From assembly GCA_002269645.1 (NCBI GenBank), contig NIVC01000611.1, positions 124,001-188,000 on the forward strand: a DNA stretch of 64,000 nt, written 5' to 3'. This document shows, piece by piece, positions 13,268 to 26,100 of this stretch. The notes under the pieces are model-generated. The model was given only the letters and a program-made list of their open reading frames with translations, did not search any database and was not told the DNA's origin. Source of the DNA: Macrostomum lignano. Taxonomy: Eukaryota. Every line of letters starts with the position of its first letter. Position 1 is the stretch's first letter. The position numbers and the translations under genes are program-made.

Positions 13268-13490
13268 GGGCAGCTCAGCGTCCGACTCTCGCACTGCGAT
13301 CCCGGGTTCGATTCTGTGCGCTGCCACATTCATTTGGGGCTGGTGTGCGATTCACAGCCAGGGCCGCTCGAAAGTCGAAATTCGAAAGTCAGGGCCGATG
13401 TACACCCTGTGTGAGCGTGTGCCTGCGTACAGTATTGACGCGCCTGCATGTGCTCAGGGGTCAGCGGAATTAACTATTATGATTATATTA
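13268..13490 (+). mobile_element. tRNA-derived SINE copy A
   Basis: A-box-like GGCAGCTCAGCG, B-box GGTTCGATTC (13305-13314), AT-rich tail. Body shared with 37170-37430 and 51715-51785. Confidence 0.65.
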
Positions 13491-13869
13491 ACCTTAAAAA
13501 ACTCCCAACTAAGATACATGCAAGAGCCACGTCGAGTCGCACGGCTCCCAGCCGGTGCATGAGGGCCCACGCTCGGCGTTTCGTCGACTGCCTGCTGGCT
13601 GACGCCGGCGCCACAGAGTCGGCCGGTAGCGCGGCCTGCGATGCACCCTGTGGCATTCCTCGCTTTTGTTGAGTAGGTAGTACCTTTTTGCTTTTTATAT
13701 AAGACACAAACTGACCTTTTGACCCCAAACTGACCCCGGTACAGGAAATGAGGTGACTGAATTTTGACCCTTTGATCCGGACGAACTTGTAGGCCGTTAG
13801 AATAAATTAGAGCAAAACATGGCTTACGAGCTTTTTTAATTTGTTGTTTATTAAATTATCGGAAATACA

Positions 13870-13895
13870 AATCTATCTATCTATCTGTCTATCTG

Positions 13896-13981
<86 letters not shown>

Positions 13982-14015
13982 CATCTATCCATCCATCCAT
14001 CCATCCATCTATCTA
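13870..14015. repeat. (TATC)n/(CATC)n microsatellite
   Basis: Direct reading. Confidence 0.97.
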
Positions 14016-14639
14016 TACTTTTGAGCTGCATAGAAAACTCTGCTGGCATTTGAAGCAGACAGCTGCTTTTACAAGCCAGGCAACAGGCAGAGTTTCATCT
14101 CTCCCGGGATTTCCGGGTGATCAATTTGCCATGTCGGCTTAATTCTCCAACACGAGTTTCCCCAAAGCTGCTCTGGAGGGCGATCTCCTGACTTCTCAGA
14201 CCTTCGCTTGAGTTCATACGCTCGTATTAGCTTCATCTGGGATCAGTGGGATTGGCAATGGAATTAAAAGTGCAAGAAAGCTCGAGGTAAAACGGAGGTC
14301 AAGGGTCCAAATCTGCTTTAATTTCACGTCCAGATGCTGCAGATAGCCTTGGGTGTAAAATTTCACTTAAGTATGCAGACTAGCTGTCACTACAGGGTGC
14401 AGAATGTCAATTGCACGAACTTTTAATTGTTTCGCATTGAGTATTAAAACAAGAAAGGTGGAATAATTAAGTACTCGTAAAATAGACTGTGTTTTCTCTC
14501 TATCTATCCATTTTTGTAAATAACAAATGCCTGTGTAATGACCTACTCGTATTTCTTTTTTGGGTTCTTGATTTTAGCAATACTAGCTGACTAAAAGCTG
14601 ACTTACAGCCAGCACCACAGCTGACTAACAGCCAGCCCC

Positions 14640-15048
14640 ACCCATGTGTACGAACCCCCTTACCGCCAGCCCCCACCCTCACCCAGCCAACACACCCCCT
14701 TACCGCAAGCCCCCACCTCTCACCCAGTCCACACACCCCCTACCGCCAGCCCCCAACCCTCACCCAGTCCATACAACCCCTTACCGCCAGCCCCCACCCT
14801 CACCCAGTCCATACAACCCCTTACCGCCAGCCCCCACCCTCACCCAGTCCATACAGTCCCTTACCGCCAGCCCCCACCCTCAACCAGTCCATACAGCCCC
14901 TAACCGCCAGCCCCCACCCTCACCCAGTCCATACGCTCGTACAACCCCTTACCGCCAGCCCCCACCCTCACCCAGTCCATACAGTCCCTTACCGCCAGAA
15001 CCCACCCTCACCCAGTCCATACAGTCCTTTACCGCCAGCCCCCACCCC
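14640..15048. repeat. 40-bp C-rich minisatellite
   Basis: Unit CCCCTTACCGCCAGCCCCCACCCTCACCCAGTCCATACAA. Confidence 0.93.
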
Positions 15049-15844
15049 AGAATATCCTTCAGCGAGTGCACAAACCCCAAACAGCAAGCCCAAACAAACA
15101 CTGTACAAACCATCTCATTAATTGTATTTCGATGAAGTATAAAGCGCCTAAATCAATTCGTTTTAATTTTCTTGTATTGGCATATTTAAAAAGCTCTCCC
15201 GGGCTGACATAGCACACTTGAAAATAATATAATATAATGCGTATATTTGGTGAAAAAGATTGATTTTGCCAAACAGAACGCTCGGGCCTTCTGCTGAGCA
15301 AGTCAATTATGAAATTGCTTGTTCAAAGACGAAATTTACAAAAAATTGACAAATATTTAGTTGGAAAAGCTATTCCATTTAGTTTTTATTATAAATAAGA
15401 AAATAAAATTACACACTAATCATGATAAAATACTGGGCGAAGAAGTCAGTGGCTGAGAATATTGAAATAGCAACAAAGTAACAAACTGTATGTGATTGAA
15501 ACACTAAAAACATTGTTTTATTTCAACACGTAAAACAAAACAAACTGAGAAGATTACAGCAAAAGATATAACTTGAAGCACGTTTACAAAACAAGTTGAC
15601 ACCATGTTTAGCTGTTTAGTAGCTCGTATCGCTTTGTCGGTTCGTTTCGTTTCTAACCTGATTATCGCAATTCAACATGCACAATTGAGCGGAGCAGTGA
15701 CTGGAGTGAGGATGGGCTGCTTTTTTTACATTAAGACAATGAACACAGGAAAATGTGTCAGAGAGTGAAGAAGTGAGCGAGTGCTAAGTACACTAACCAA
15801 TGCAACCCTGGGGGGAGCTCTTCATTTCTTTAGTTCAACTGCTC

Positions 15845-16222
15845 TCGTCTCTGTTCTCTCTCCATCTCTGTCCAGTTCAGTCTTGTTATTCTTATCTCTC
15901 TCCCTCTCTGTCCAGTTCAGTCTTGTTATTCTTATCTCTCTCCCTCTCTGTCCAGTTCAGTCTTGTTATTCTTATCTCTCTCCCTCTCTGTCCAGTTCAG
16001 TCTTGTTATTCTTATCTCTCTCCCTCTCTGTCCAGTTCAGTCTTGTTATTCTTATCTCTCTCCCTCTCTGTCCAGTTCAGTCTTGTTATTCTTATCTCTC
16101 TCCCTCTCTGTCCAGTTCAGTCTTGTTATTCTTATCTCTCTCCCTCTCTGTCCAGTTCAGTCTTGTTAATCTTATCTCTCTCCCTCTCTGTCCAGTTCAG
16201 TCTTGTTATTCTTATCTCTCTC
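15845..16222. repeat. 40-bp near-perfect minisatellite
   Basis: Unit CTCTGTCCAGTTCAGTCTTGTTATTCTTATCTCTCTCCCT. Confidence 0.95.
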
Positions 16223-16764
16223 CTCTGATTGGCTCTTCAATCTGACCTCTCCTCGGTCGCCCACTCTACCCCCCTTTTCTTATCTGCACTTAACCCCCCA
16301 CTGCATCCCCTAATCGGGCACTGCATCCCACTTACTGATTCAATTCTGAACAATCCAACATATTGATGTTATGTTTACAATTCCTCTACAAAGTACATTG
16401 AACAATGTCCACCTCGGTACAGAGAGATAATTTGCAAACCCATGTTATTCTGTTACACTGTTGCATTTGTTACTTGTTGACATGAAAAGCAGAAAAGCAG
16501 AGAAGCACACTGAGGGTGTTTACAGTTCTGACTTTGACACGAATGCAGATTAGCTAAATGAATGAATAATATTGAACGAAAATCATACCCTATTGCTCTG
16601 AAAATCCTATGATTTAGAATATAAACGTCAGATTCTTCACTCATGCTTTAGACGCGTCAAAATACAAAACTTATGTGACTGGTGGGTGTTGACACTGTTG
16701 ACTCAAATTGAGACAGTCGTACGGACCGACAGTAAGAACAGACGGGACAGTCACACTGGGCATA

Positions 16765-17160
16765 CAGACAGACTTTGAGGACACACAAACACAGGCTTTG
16801 AGGACACAAAGACACAGGCTTTGAGGACACACAGACACAGGCTTTAAGGACACGCAGACACAGGCTTTGAGGACACGCAGACACAGGCTTTGAGGACACG
16901 CAGACACAGCCTTTGAGGACACGCAGACACAGGCTTTGAGGACACAAAGACACAGGCTTTGAGGACACGCAGACACAGCCTTTGAGGACACGCAGACACA
17001 GCCTTTGAGGACACGCAGACACAGGCTTTGAGGACACACAGACACAGGCTTTGAGGACACACAGACACAGGCTTTGAGGACACACAGACACAGGCTTTGA
17101 GGACACGCAGACACAGGCTTTGAGGACACACAGACACAGGCTTTGAGGACACGCAGACAG
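16765..17160. repeat. 23-bp minisatellite just 3' of the ZDHHC stop codon
   Basis: Unit GCAGACACAGGCTTTGAGGACAC. Confidence 0.95.
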
Positions 17161-17171
17161 GTTCAAAGCCC

Positions 17172-20100
17172 TCACGCCAGTCTCGAGCTGCTGCCAGACA
17201 GATCTCCCAGCTCCAGCAGCGGGATGCCCAGCGCCAGGCGCATCTCCGCCCGCCTCTCCGCGGGAAAGTTGCTTGTGGACGAGCCCGGTCCAAAGGAGAC
17301 GGACTGCAGGCTGCTGGCCGTGCTGTTGCTGCTGAGCCACGAGGCGTCCAGCGCACCCGTGGATCTCGCCAACGGAATGTCGGCAAAGTTGGTCGGCTCG
17401 GCCGCTCCGCTGTCAGCGTCAGCTGGCTGGTCGGCTGAGCTGCTTGGATTGACACCGCTGGGGTGACCAGAGTTGCTGCCGTTGTGGCTGACGAAAGCAC
17501 CGTTGACTGCCCCGCTGGGTTGGGAGACCAGCTCTGCAATTTGTATTAGAAATTTGCATTGCGAATTACTTGTGACAGTTCACTCGACCGACAGAACCAA
17601 ACTGGTTAGTGGCAGGCAAGCTTTGTGATTTAACTGAATGAATGAAACATCTTGCTGCCCTGCAGATTTTAGTGCCTTCTCTAGCCTACAGCTCTTTGAT
17701 TTCGCCGCTACATCAAACCTACAACTCTTTGATGTCGCCGCTACAATAAGCCTACAACTCTTTGATGTCGCCGCTACATCAAACCTACAGTCTCTTGATG
17801 TCGCCGCTATAATAAGCCTACAGTCTCTTGATGTCGCCGCTACAGTAAACCTACAGTCTCTTGATGTCGCCGCTACCTATAAAAGATACCTCCAGCCCAG
17901 CAGATGCAGCTGGAGTCTCATAAATTGATATCATTAGCGAGGCTGCTGAAATTTAGAAAGCAAGTATTTGACAATTAGGCAGTTAGGCTCTTAGTCTTTA
18001 ATTGTGATTAAGCTCAAGCTCAAAATGAATCAACTTTTAACTTCGCATGCTTTGTCTGCTTATATAGAACTGAAGCCATCAGCTAGCTTTATTATAGCAA
18101 AATGGTTGCAATTAACGCTTGTGAACAGCTATACGTTCAGCTTCTTGTCCGGTAAACGAAGTAGCAGAAAAAACTGCTTGAAAGCAGAGCAAGCAAAAGC
18201 AATCAGAAAATTTTCTGCTTTTTGATGATTAAATCCGCGATGTTCAGGCAGATTAACTACTCCAGTTTTACCTGTGACAGGTCGGTCTAAAGCATTAAGG
18301 TGAGCTTTGGCTAATCCGCGAGTACTGCCAACTTCAGCAGGTGCCATGGCTGACAAAGATAGAACAGAACATTTCTATAAATACCTCTCGGATTAATGAG
18401 TTTCCAAGGCGAATTTATAAAACACCCTGCTTCACATCCAAAACTGAAAGTTCAACTCATTTCTGGCTTCCAAAAAACATCAAATAAAGTTTGTGCATTA
18501 CTTGCCAGATTGATAGATTGATGGGTTGATATATTGATGGGTTGATGGGTTGATAGATTGATGGGTTGATGGGTTGATAGATTGATGGGTTGATGGGTTG
18601 ATAGATTGATGGGTTGATGGGTTGATAGATTGATGGGTTGATGGGTTGATAGATTGATGGGTTGATGGGTTGATGGGTTGATGGGTCGATAGGTTGATAG
18701 ATTGATGGGTTGATGGGTTGATAGATTGATGGGTTGATGGGTTAATAGATTGATGGGTTGATGGGTTGATAGATTGATGGGTTGATGGGTTAATAGATTG
18801 ATGGGTTGATGGGTTGATAGATTGATGGGTTGATGGGTTAATAGATTGATGGGTTGATGGGTTGATAGATTGATGGGTTGATGGGTTGATAGATTGATGG
18901 GTTGATGGGTTAATAGATTGATGGGTTGATGGGTTGATAGATTGATGGGTTGATGGGTTAATAGATTGATGGGTTGATGGGTTGATAGATTGATGGGTTG
19001 ATGGGTTAATAGATTGATGGGTTGATGGGTTGATAGATTGATGGGTTGATGGGTTAATAGATTGATGGGTTGATGGGTTGATAGATTGATGGGTTGATGG
19101 GTTGATAGATTGATGGGTTGATGGGTTGATAGATTGATGGGTTGATGGGTTGATAGATTGATGGGTTGATGGGTTGATAGATTGATGGGTTGATGGGTTG
19201 ATGGGTTGATGGGTCGATAGGTTGATAGATTGATGGGTTGATGGGTTGATAGATTGATGGGTTGATGGGTTAATAGATTGATGGGTTGATGGGTTGATAG
19301 ATTGATGGGTTGATGGGTTAATAGATTCATGGGTTGATGGGTTGATAGATTGATGGGTTGATGGGTTAATAGATTGATGGGTTGATGGGTTGATAGATTG
19401 ATGTGTTGATGGGTTGATAGATTGATGGGTTGATGGGTTAATAGATTGATGGGTTGATGGGTTGATAGATTGATGGGTTGATGGGTTGATAGATTGATGG
19501 GTTGATGGGTTAATAGATTGATGGGTTGATGGGTTGATAGATTGATGGGTTGATGGGTTAATAGATTGATGGGTTGATGGGTTGATAGATTGATGGGTTG
19601 ATGGGTTAATAGATTGATGGGTTGATGGGTTGATAGATTGATGGGTTGATGAATTGATAGGTTGATAAGCTTATCAAGCCTTTGACTTTCAGTTCCACAG
19701 ATCGGCAAAGAAACTTCATGAAGAAAAATTTTTATACCAAAATTTTGAATGCACTTTACTACATGTAAATAGTTCTCAGCCTATGATAACATGTGGCTAG
19801 ATTATTATATGACCAAGCTCAATTTGATGCCAACTTAGAAAAATCCTTTTCGACACACGATTAGCAGTGTTCCGGCTTCAGTAGATTTTTTAACTCAAGT
19901 TGATAAAATCGCCTTTAGGTTGTACGACGTAAAACTACTCCTAAAATGGACTAGTCTACTCCTAAAATGGACTAGTCTACTCCTAAAATGGACTAGTCTA
20001 CTCCTAAAATGGACTAGTCTACTCCTAAAATGGACTAGTCTACTCCTAAAATGGACTAGTCTACTCCTAAAATGGACTAGTCTACTCCTAAAATGGACTA

Positions 20101-23100
20101 GACTACTCCTAAAATGGACTAGTCTACTCCTAAAATGGACTAGTCTACTCCTAAAATGGACTAGTCTACTCCTAAAATGGACTAGTCTACTCCTAAAATG
20201 GACTAGTCTACTCCTAAAATGGACTAGACTACTCCTAAAATGGACTAGTCTACTCCTAAAATGGACTAGTCTACTCCTAAAATGGACTAGACTACTCCTA
20301 AAATGGACTAGTCTACTCCTAAAATGGACTAGACTACTCCTAAAATGGACTAGACTACTCCTAAAATGGACTAGTCTACTCCTAAAATGGACTAGTCTAC
20401 TCCTAAAATGGACTAGACTACTCCTAAAATGGACTAGTCTACTCCTAAAATGGACTAGTCTACTCCTAAAATGGACTAGTCTACTCCTAAAATGGACTAG
20501 TCTACTCCTAAAATGGACTAGTCTACTCCTAAAATGGACTAGACTACTCCTAAAATGGACTAGTCTACTCCTAAAATGGACTAGTCTACTCCTAAAATGG
20601 ACTAGACTACTCCTAAAATGGACTAGTCTACTCCTAAAATGGACTAGTCTACTCCTAAAATGGACTAGTCTACTCCTAAAATGGACTAGACTACTCCTAA
20701 AATGGACTAGGCTACTCCTAAAATGGACTAGACTACTCCTAAAATGGACTAGGCTACTCCTAAAATCGTCCAAACTACATGTTTTTATAAAAAACTGAAA
20801 CCACCCTAGCCAGCCTCCAAGCCTCACCTTCGCCATCCGGGATCGTGGCCAGACCGCCGGCCGGAGCCGACACCAGCGGCGGCAGCTGCGGCAGCGGTCG
20901 CTGTTTTTTTCGCCGTTTTGCCGGCTTCCTCTCGTCAGCCGCGGCGGCATCTTCACCGCCGTCGACAGAGTCCTTGGCGGCCGAGGCGGCGGACTCGTCC
21001 TCCAGCGGGCGATAGGGAGTCGAGGCAAGCGGCAGCAGAGAGATCGGCGCCTGCGCGCAAATTTTTTTTCAGGAACAGCTGCTACTTTAGCTACTTATAG
21101 TAGAAAGTATTGGAAAATAAGCGGAAAGTAAAGTTTGGGGCAAAAACTATGCGGCACATTGAAAACTGCAAATTTGATGGCGCTGGCAAGAGAGAGAGCG
21201 AATATTTTGAGTGCAGCGCTGGCGCGGAACAGACTCCTGACCTGACCCTGATGTAAGCATCAAACGTTTAAAACTCTCACCTTCGGTTTTGCATCCGCAG
21301 CAAGGCTGTACTTCACATCCGGGGTCGTGGTCATCTCGTGATAGCCGCCCTGAATCACTGCTAGACAGCTCTGCTGCTGCTGCTCCTGCTGCTGCTTTCC
21401 CGGTGATTGCTCGTCCTCCCAGTGCACCGTGTGGGGCGTCGGGGCTACCGAGTTCTTGCGCTAAAGTTGGAGGCGTATTATTATTGAACTTTATGAGTGA
21501 ATCTGGCTCTGCAGTGAATCCCGTTTTCTTAGTTATCTTAACCTCACAGTTCTCACCCAACTACCCACCCCACCCGCACGCGAAGGCGTATTCAGCATGC
21601 CAGTGAAGTATGAGACAGACTAGGCCCATGGGCTAAGGTCTGCGATGCTTCACGCCTGCCCCTATCTTCAGCAGGTCAAGGCTGGTGGGAGGTCTGCACC
21701 CTCTATTTGCCTCTGGCAGCCGCAGACCCCCCCACGCTGTCTCGCAAGTCGACCCAGGGTACTCGTCCCCGCGTGTGTTCAAGGCAGTCCCTAGGGCTGC
21801 TGGACAGACTGGGCTCCGGCGCTGGCGACCCTATCCAGTGGCTTCGGCCGAATTTGGGTATGCGGGTCTGGCTCGCCAACCTGCAGGCCGTGGTACTGCT
21901 CAACGTACTCTCTAATGCCTAAGGTGTTGACCGTGCCGATGGGCTGGAAGGCCGGGGAGTAGTCCGGTCGCAAGCGGTCCCCCTCCTGGTGTCGGGCCAG
22001 CCTTGAGGGTGCTATTGGCCTACTGCCCGGTCAGGTGGAGCGGCCGGGTGGGTACCGCGCCCCTTTGAGGGTAGCCCACCAACCTTTTATCATGGCCTTC
22101 GAGCCGATTATGGATAACAAAGCTTTTTCTAGGGACGGGGACCCTTCTAAACCCCAACCTCAGTCCGAAGGACCGGCCGGCCCTGCTGGCAGATCCCAAC
22201 CGACTGATTCAACTGTGGCAAAGGAAGGACCGGCTGGCTCTGCTGGCAGATCCGACCAGAGCTACCAAACTCATAATACCCAAAGACCTGCCAGCTCCGC
22301 TGGTGGATCTAAGGGAACCGCGAGCTCTAGGCCTAAAGGACCGGCCAAATCTGGCAGATCCGATGAAGCTCAGCGGGCTCGGCTTGAGCGCAAACGCGCT
22401 AAACAACGCGCCAAAAGGCAGGCCAAGAAGGGAGCTGCGGGGGCCAAAGCGGCGGCGTCCACCATGGATGCTGAAGCGACTGGCGTCCCAAGGCAACCAG
22501 ACGGGCCGGCCGGTGGAAGCTCCGGTAGTTCAGCGGCGGCGCTCCCTGGAGATGCTGCTGCGGCTGCTGAGGCCGAAACCACGGCGCAACAAATGGCCAC
22601 TGCCAACAAGGAGGTTCCTTCGGGAGCTACCTTTGCGGCGAAGGCCAAGGCCAAAATCCCGGGAGTGATCATCCAAGGTCGCGACCAGGACTGGACCACT
22701 GATCAGCTTCAAAAAGTGTGGAGTGCTGTTGACTCCTATCTGATTGAGCTGACTGTCGAGGAGGGAATCTCCATCGGCATTGAGCGGATGGTGCTGCGAA
22801 GCACATTCGTTCTTATTGCTCCTAGCAGTGAGGAGGACGCTCGGCAGCTGCTCCAGCGGCTACCGACGGTCTCCTTGGATGCTGACCTTGGCGGAGCTCT
22901 TTTTCTTCGCGAGGGCCAGCGTCCAAAGACGATAACCTATGTGGTTTTCGTCCCTGCTAAGAGCACCGCAGCTGGACCAGACGTTATCCGCCGGGTCCTA
23001 CTGCGTCTGAACCCCGACCTCCCTGCTAGTGGACTGGTGTATCACCGTAAAGTCCGCAGGGGGGAGACGGGCAACTCAATTAACCTCGGCCTTTCCAGCA

Positions 23101-26100
23101 CTTGGGCGAGTCGGTACCCTAATGGATCCTCTTTCCAGCTGGGTGCCCTCAAGCTCAAGATGCGCCGAGGAAAGTCTGCCAAAGGGAAGGCTACTGCCAA
23201 CCCCGGCATCTCCGGCAAGAGCGGGGCGCAGTCTAAGGCCCAAGGAAAGGCGCAAGCCGATCCCAAAGCCAAAGCTGCATCTCGCCCCTCTGCTAGCAGC
23301 AGTTCGGCGACCGCGGTAACGGCTCCGGCCAAGCCCCGGGAACCAAACCTGCCAGTCGGAGAAGGAGTTGAGGACGAGGCCGGGTCTTCGGAATCCGAGC
23401 TCTCCTCGGCCACCCTGGTGGGGTCTGAAGGTAAAGATGCAGGTGAGGAAGCTTCCTCCATCCTGTCATCGGAGCCTGAGGACTCTGCTGGGGGGGCCGG
23501 TGGGGGTGAGGAGGCCATGGACGTCGACCAACTCCCATCTCCCAGTCAAGCCCCAGCGGCCTGGGACGAGGACGATCTGTTGTCCAAGTCTCCTTGATGG
23601 CCCTGGGCTCTAGCCAGAAATTGCATTTAATACAGTATGACTAAGCTCCACGCTGCCAAAGGAGCGACATTCTGTCTGCAAATTAATTTACAGCATTGCG
23701 TATCTGCGTCAGTAAATCTGATTAAGATTGCTGAGCTGTACAGGCCAGGCCTCATCCTGATCCAGGAACCCTGGATGCGCAACGGTAAGTTGCCCAACAT
23801 TCCCTCTGGCTACTCTGATTTGTATGTGTGTCTCTCTGATGGAGACCTTTGCGTCATCCAATCTAATCATTTCTCTCCGCGTACGTGTCTTGTTGCCTCG
23901 GTTTATATCCCAGGCGACAGAGACCCTGCTCCTGAGAGTTTACTGCGCCTCGCGCAGTACTGCGAGTCCCAGAACGCTGAGCTGTGCTTAGGGGGCGACC
24001 TCAACGCGCACCACAAGCACTGGGGCAGCAAAGATACCAACACTAGAGGAGAGGAGCTTCTGGCCCTCATCTCTAACACAAACCTCATGCTCTGCAACCG
24101 CGGCAGCACTCCTACCTTTAATAATGGCAGATGGACCGAGGTCCTGGACGCCACACTCGTTACCCCAAGACTCTTTGACAGAGTTGAGGAGTGGAGAGTC
24201 TGGTCTGAGGAGCCCTCCCTGTCTGACCACTGCTTTATCGCCTTTAACATCGCGGACACTAAACCCCAGTCTCCGATCACTTGGAGACGCAATATCCGCA
24301 ACACTGATTGGGCGGCCTACAAGGCTGCCCTTGATCTGCACCTGCAGGAACTCACGGACTTACGTCCGATTGAGACCTGCGAGGATGTGGATCATATAGC
24401 TGAGACGCTGACAGGTTGCATTATTGCAGCCTACGAAGCGGCTTGTCCTGCTCGCGCCTACAAAGGCAAGACCTCGGCGCCGTGGTGGAACCCGGAGCTG
24501 GGGAAACTCAGGTGGAAGGCCAAAAGCCTTCATCGCCGTGCCATGAAGACCGGAAACCCGGAGGACATGGAGCTTTTCCGGCAAGCCTCCCGCAATTTCA
24601 AATCTGAAGTGCGCAAGGCCAAGGAATGTAAGTGGCGCCAATTCTGCAATGAATTGGATCAAGACAGACCTACTTCTAGGCTTGTCAAGGCCCTTACAAT
24701 GGACAAAATGTCCAAATTAGCCATGATCAAAAAAGATGATGGCTCTCTTACTAAAGACCCTGAAGAAGTGCTTCAGCATATGCTTAGCACATTCTTCCCG
24801 AGGGTACCTACTGCTAGACCGGAGCCCAACCATTCGATGGATGGAGCCACCCTAGCGGCGGGCATTGTCATTGAAGACCTAATCGCTCGTGCGGTCAGAA
24901 CCTTCAAACCCTTCAAATCTCCTGGACCTGATGGTATCTACCCTGTTCTCCTTCGTGAAGCAGCCAAGATACCCTCGTTCCTGAGACTCACCCGCAATCT
25001 CATGCGGGCCTCTATCCAGCTGGGATACGTTCCCAAATGCTGGACTGAAGCTCGGGTAGTCTTTATTCCCAAACCTGGGAAGGGTGACTACCAAAGCGTC
25101 AAGGCCTTCCGGCCTATTAGCTTAACGTCAGCAATGCTTAAGCTCACTGAGAGGCTTATTCTCTGGCGGCTGCTGTCCTGCGAGCTGACAGCGATGCCCC
25201 TCAGCAATAATCAGCACGCCTTCCGTACCGGGAGGTCGACTGACAGCGCCCTGCATGCGATTGTCGAGAAGATTGAAAGGGCGGTACTGGGTGACGGTTA
25301 CGCTCTGGCTCTCTTTCTTGACATTGTTGGCGCCTTCGACAACGTTATCTTTGAAGCGTTTCAGAGGGCCCTTCAAAATCGCAAAGCTCATGCTACCCTC
25401 ATACGGTGGATCATGTACATGATCTCCAACCGTACGGTCACTGCCCAACTTCTTGGGCAAACTGCCTCCACCAGAGTCTGTAAGGGTGGACCCCAAGGCG
25501 GAGTCCTCACCCCGACGCTCTGGAACCTGGTCATGGACGCTCTTTTGAGTGACTCCCGACCCGACCCCGTCTTCAAAGTCGGGTATGCTGATGACGTCAC
25601 GGCCATTGTGGCAGGACCGTCTCCCAGCACGCTCAGGGATCTGATGCAGAGCTTTATCCGCAAAGCAGAATCCTGGGCCAATGACAATGGTCTGGAACTC
25701 TCTGAGCCCAAAACCGTTGCCATTATGTTTACCAGCAGACTACGCTGGAACATACGTCCTCTGCAGCTCTACGGCAGAGATATTGCCTTCGCGCACCAGA
25801 CCAGATGTCTCGGGGTCATACTTGACCACCGGCTCAACTGGTCCTTCCACGTGAAAGCAAAAGCCAAGCGTGCCTCAGCCATCCTGGCCCAGCTCCGACG
25901 AGCACTTGGCACTTCTTGGGGTCTGTCCCCAAAGCGGCTTTGGTGGATCTATACTTCCGTAGTTAGACCTGCCATTACGTACGCCTCTGTTGTCTGGGTT
26001 AGCGCTACCCAGGTCAAAAGCCATGCAGACCTGCTCAACACGATCCAGGGCAGAGCGTGTAGGCTCATCTGCAACGCCACCAGGTCCACGCCCTTTGCTG

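Noticed and set aside
13268-13330. tRNA gene (also 37350-37428)
   Set aside because: A/B boxes are present but no cloverleaf could be folded, and the sequence runs into a shared repeat body. Treated as a SINE head.
12388-13333. Antisense and alternative-frame ORFs over the GPCR (also over DnaJ, tyrosinase, ZNF207 and both retrotransposons)
   Set aside because: Shadow ORFs of GC-rich coding sequence with no motifs.
18505-19665. True telomeric repeat
   Set aside because: The unit is GGGTTGAT rather than TTAGGG, and it is interstitial within an intron.
21147-21560. 137-aa minus-strand ORF as an extra ZDHHC exon
   Set aside because: No motif, and splicing 27943>21050 is already phase-consistent without it.
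21590-21680. Hammerhead ribozyme in the retrotransposon 5' UTR
   Set aside because: No CUGAUGA/GAAA core. The HDV-type fold explains the region.
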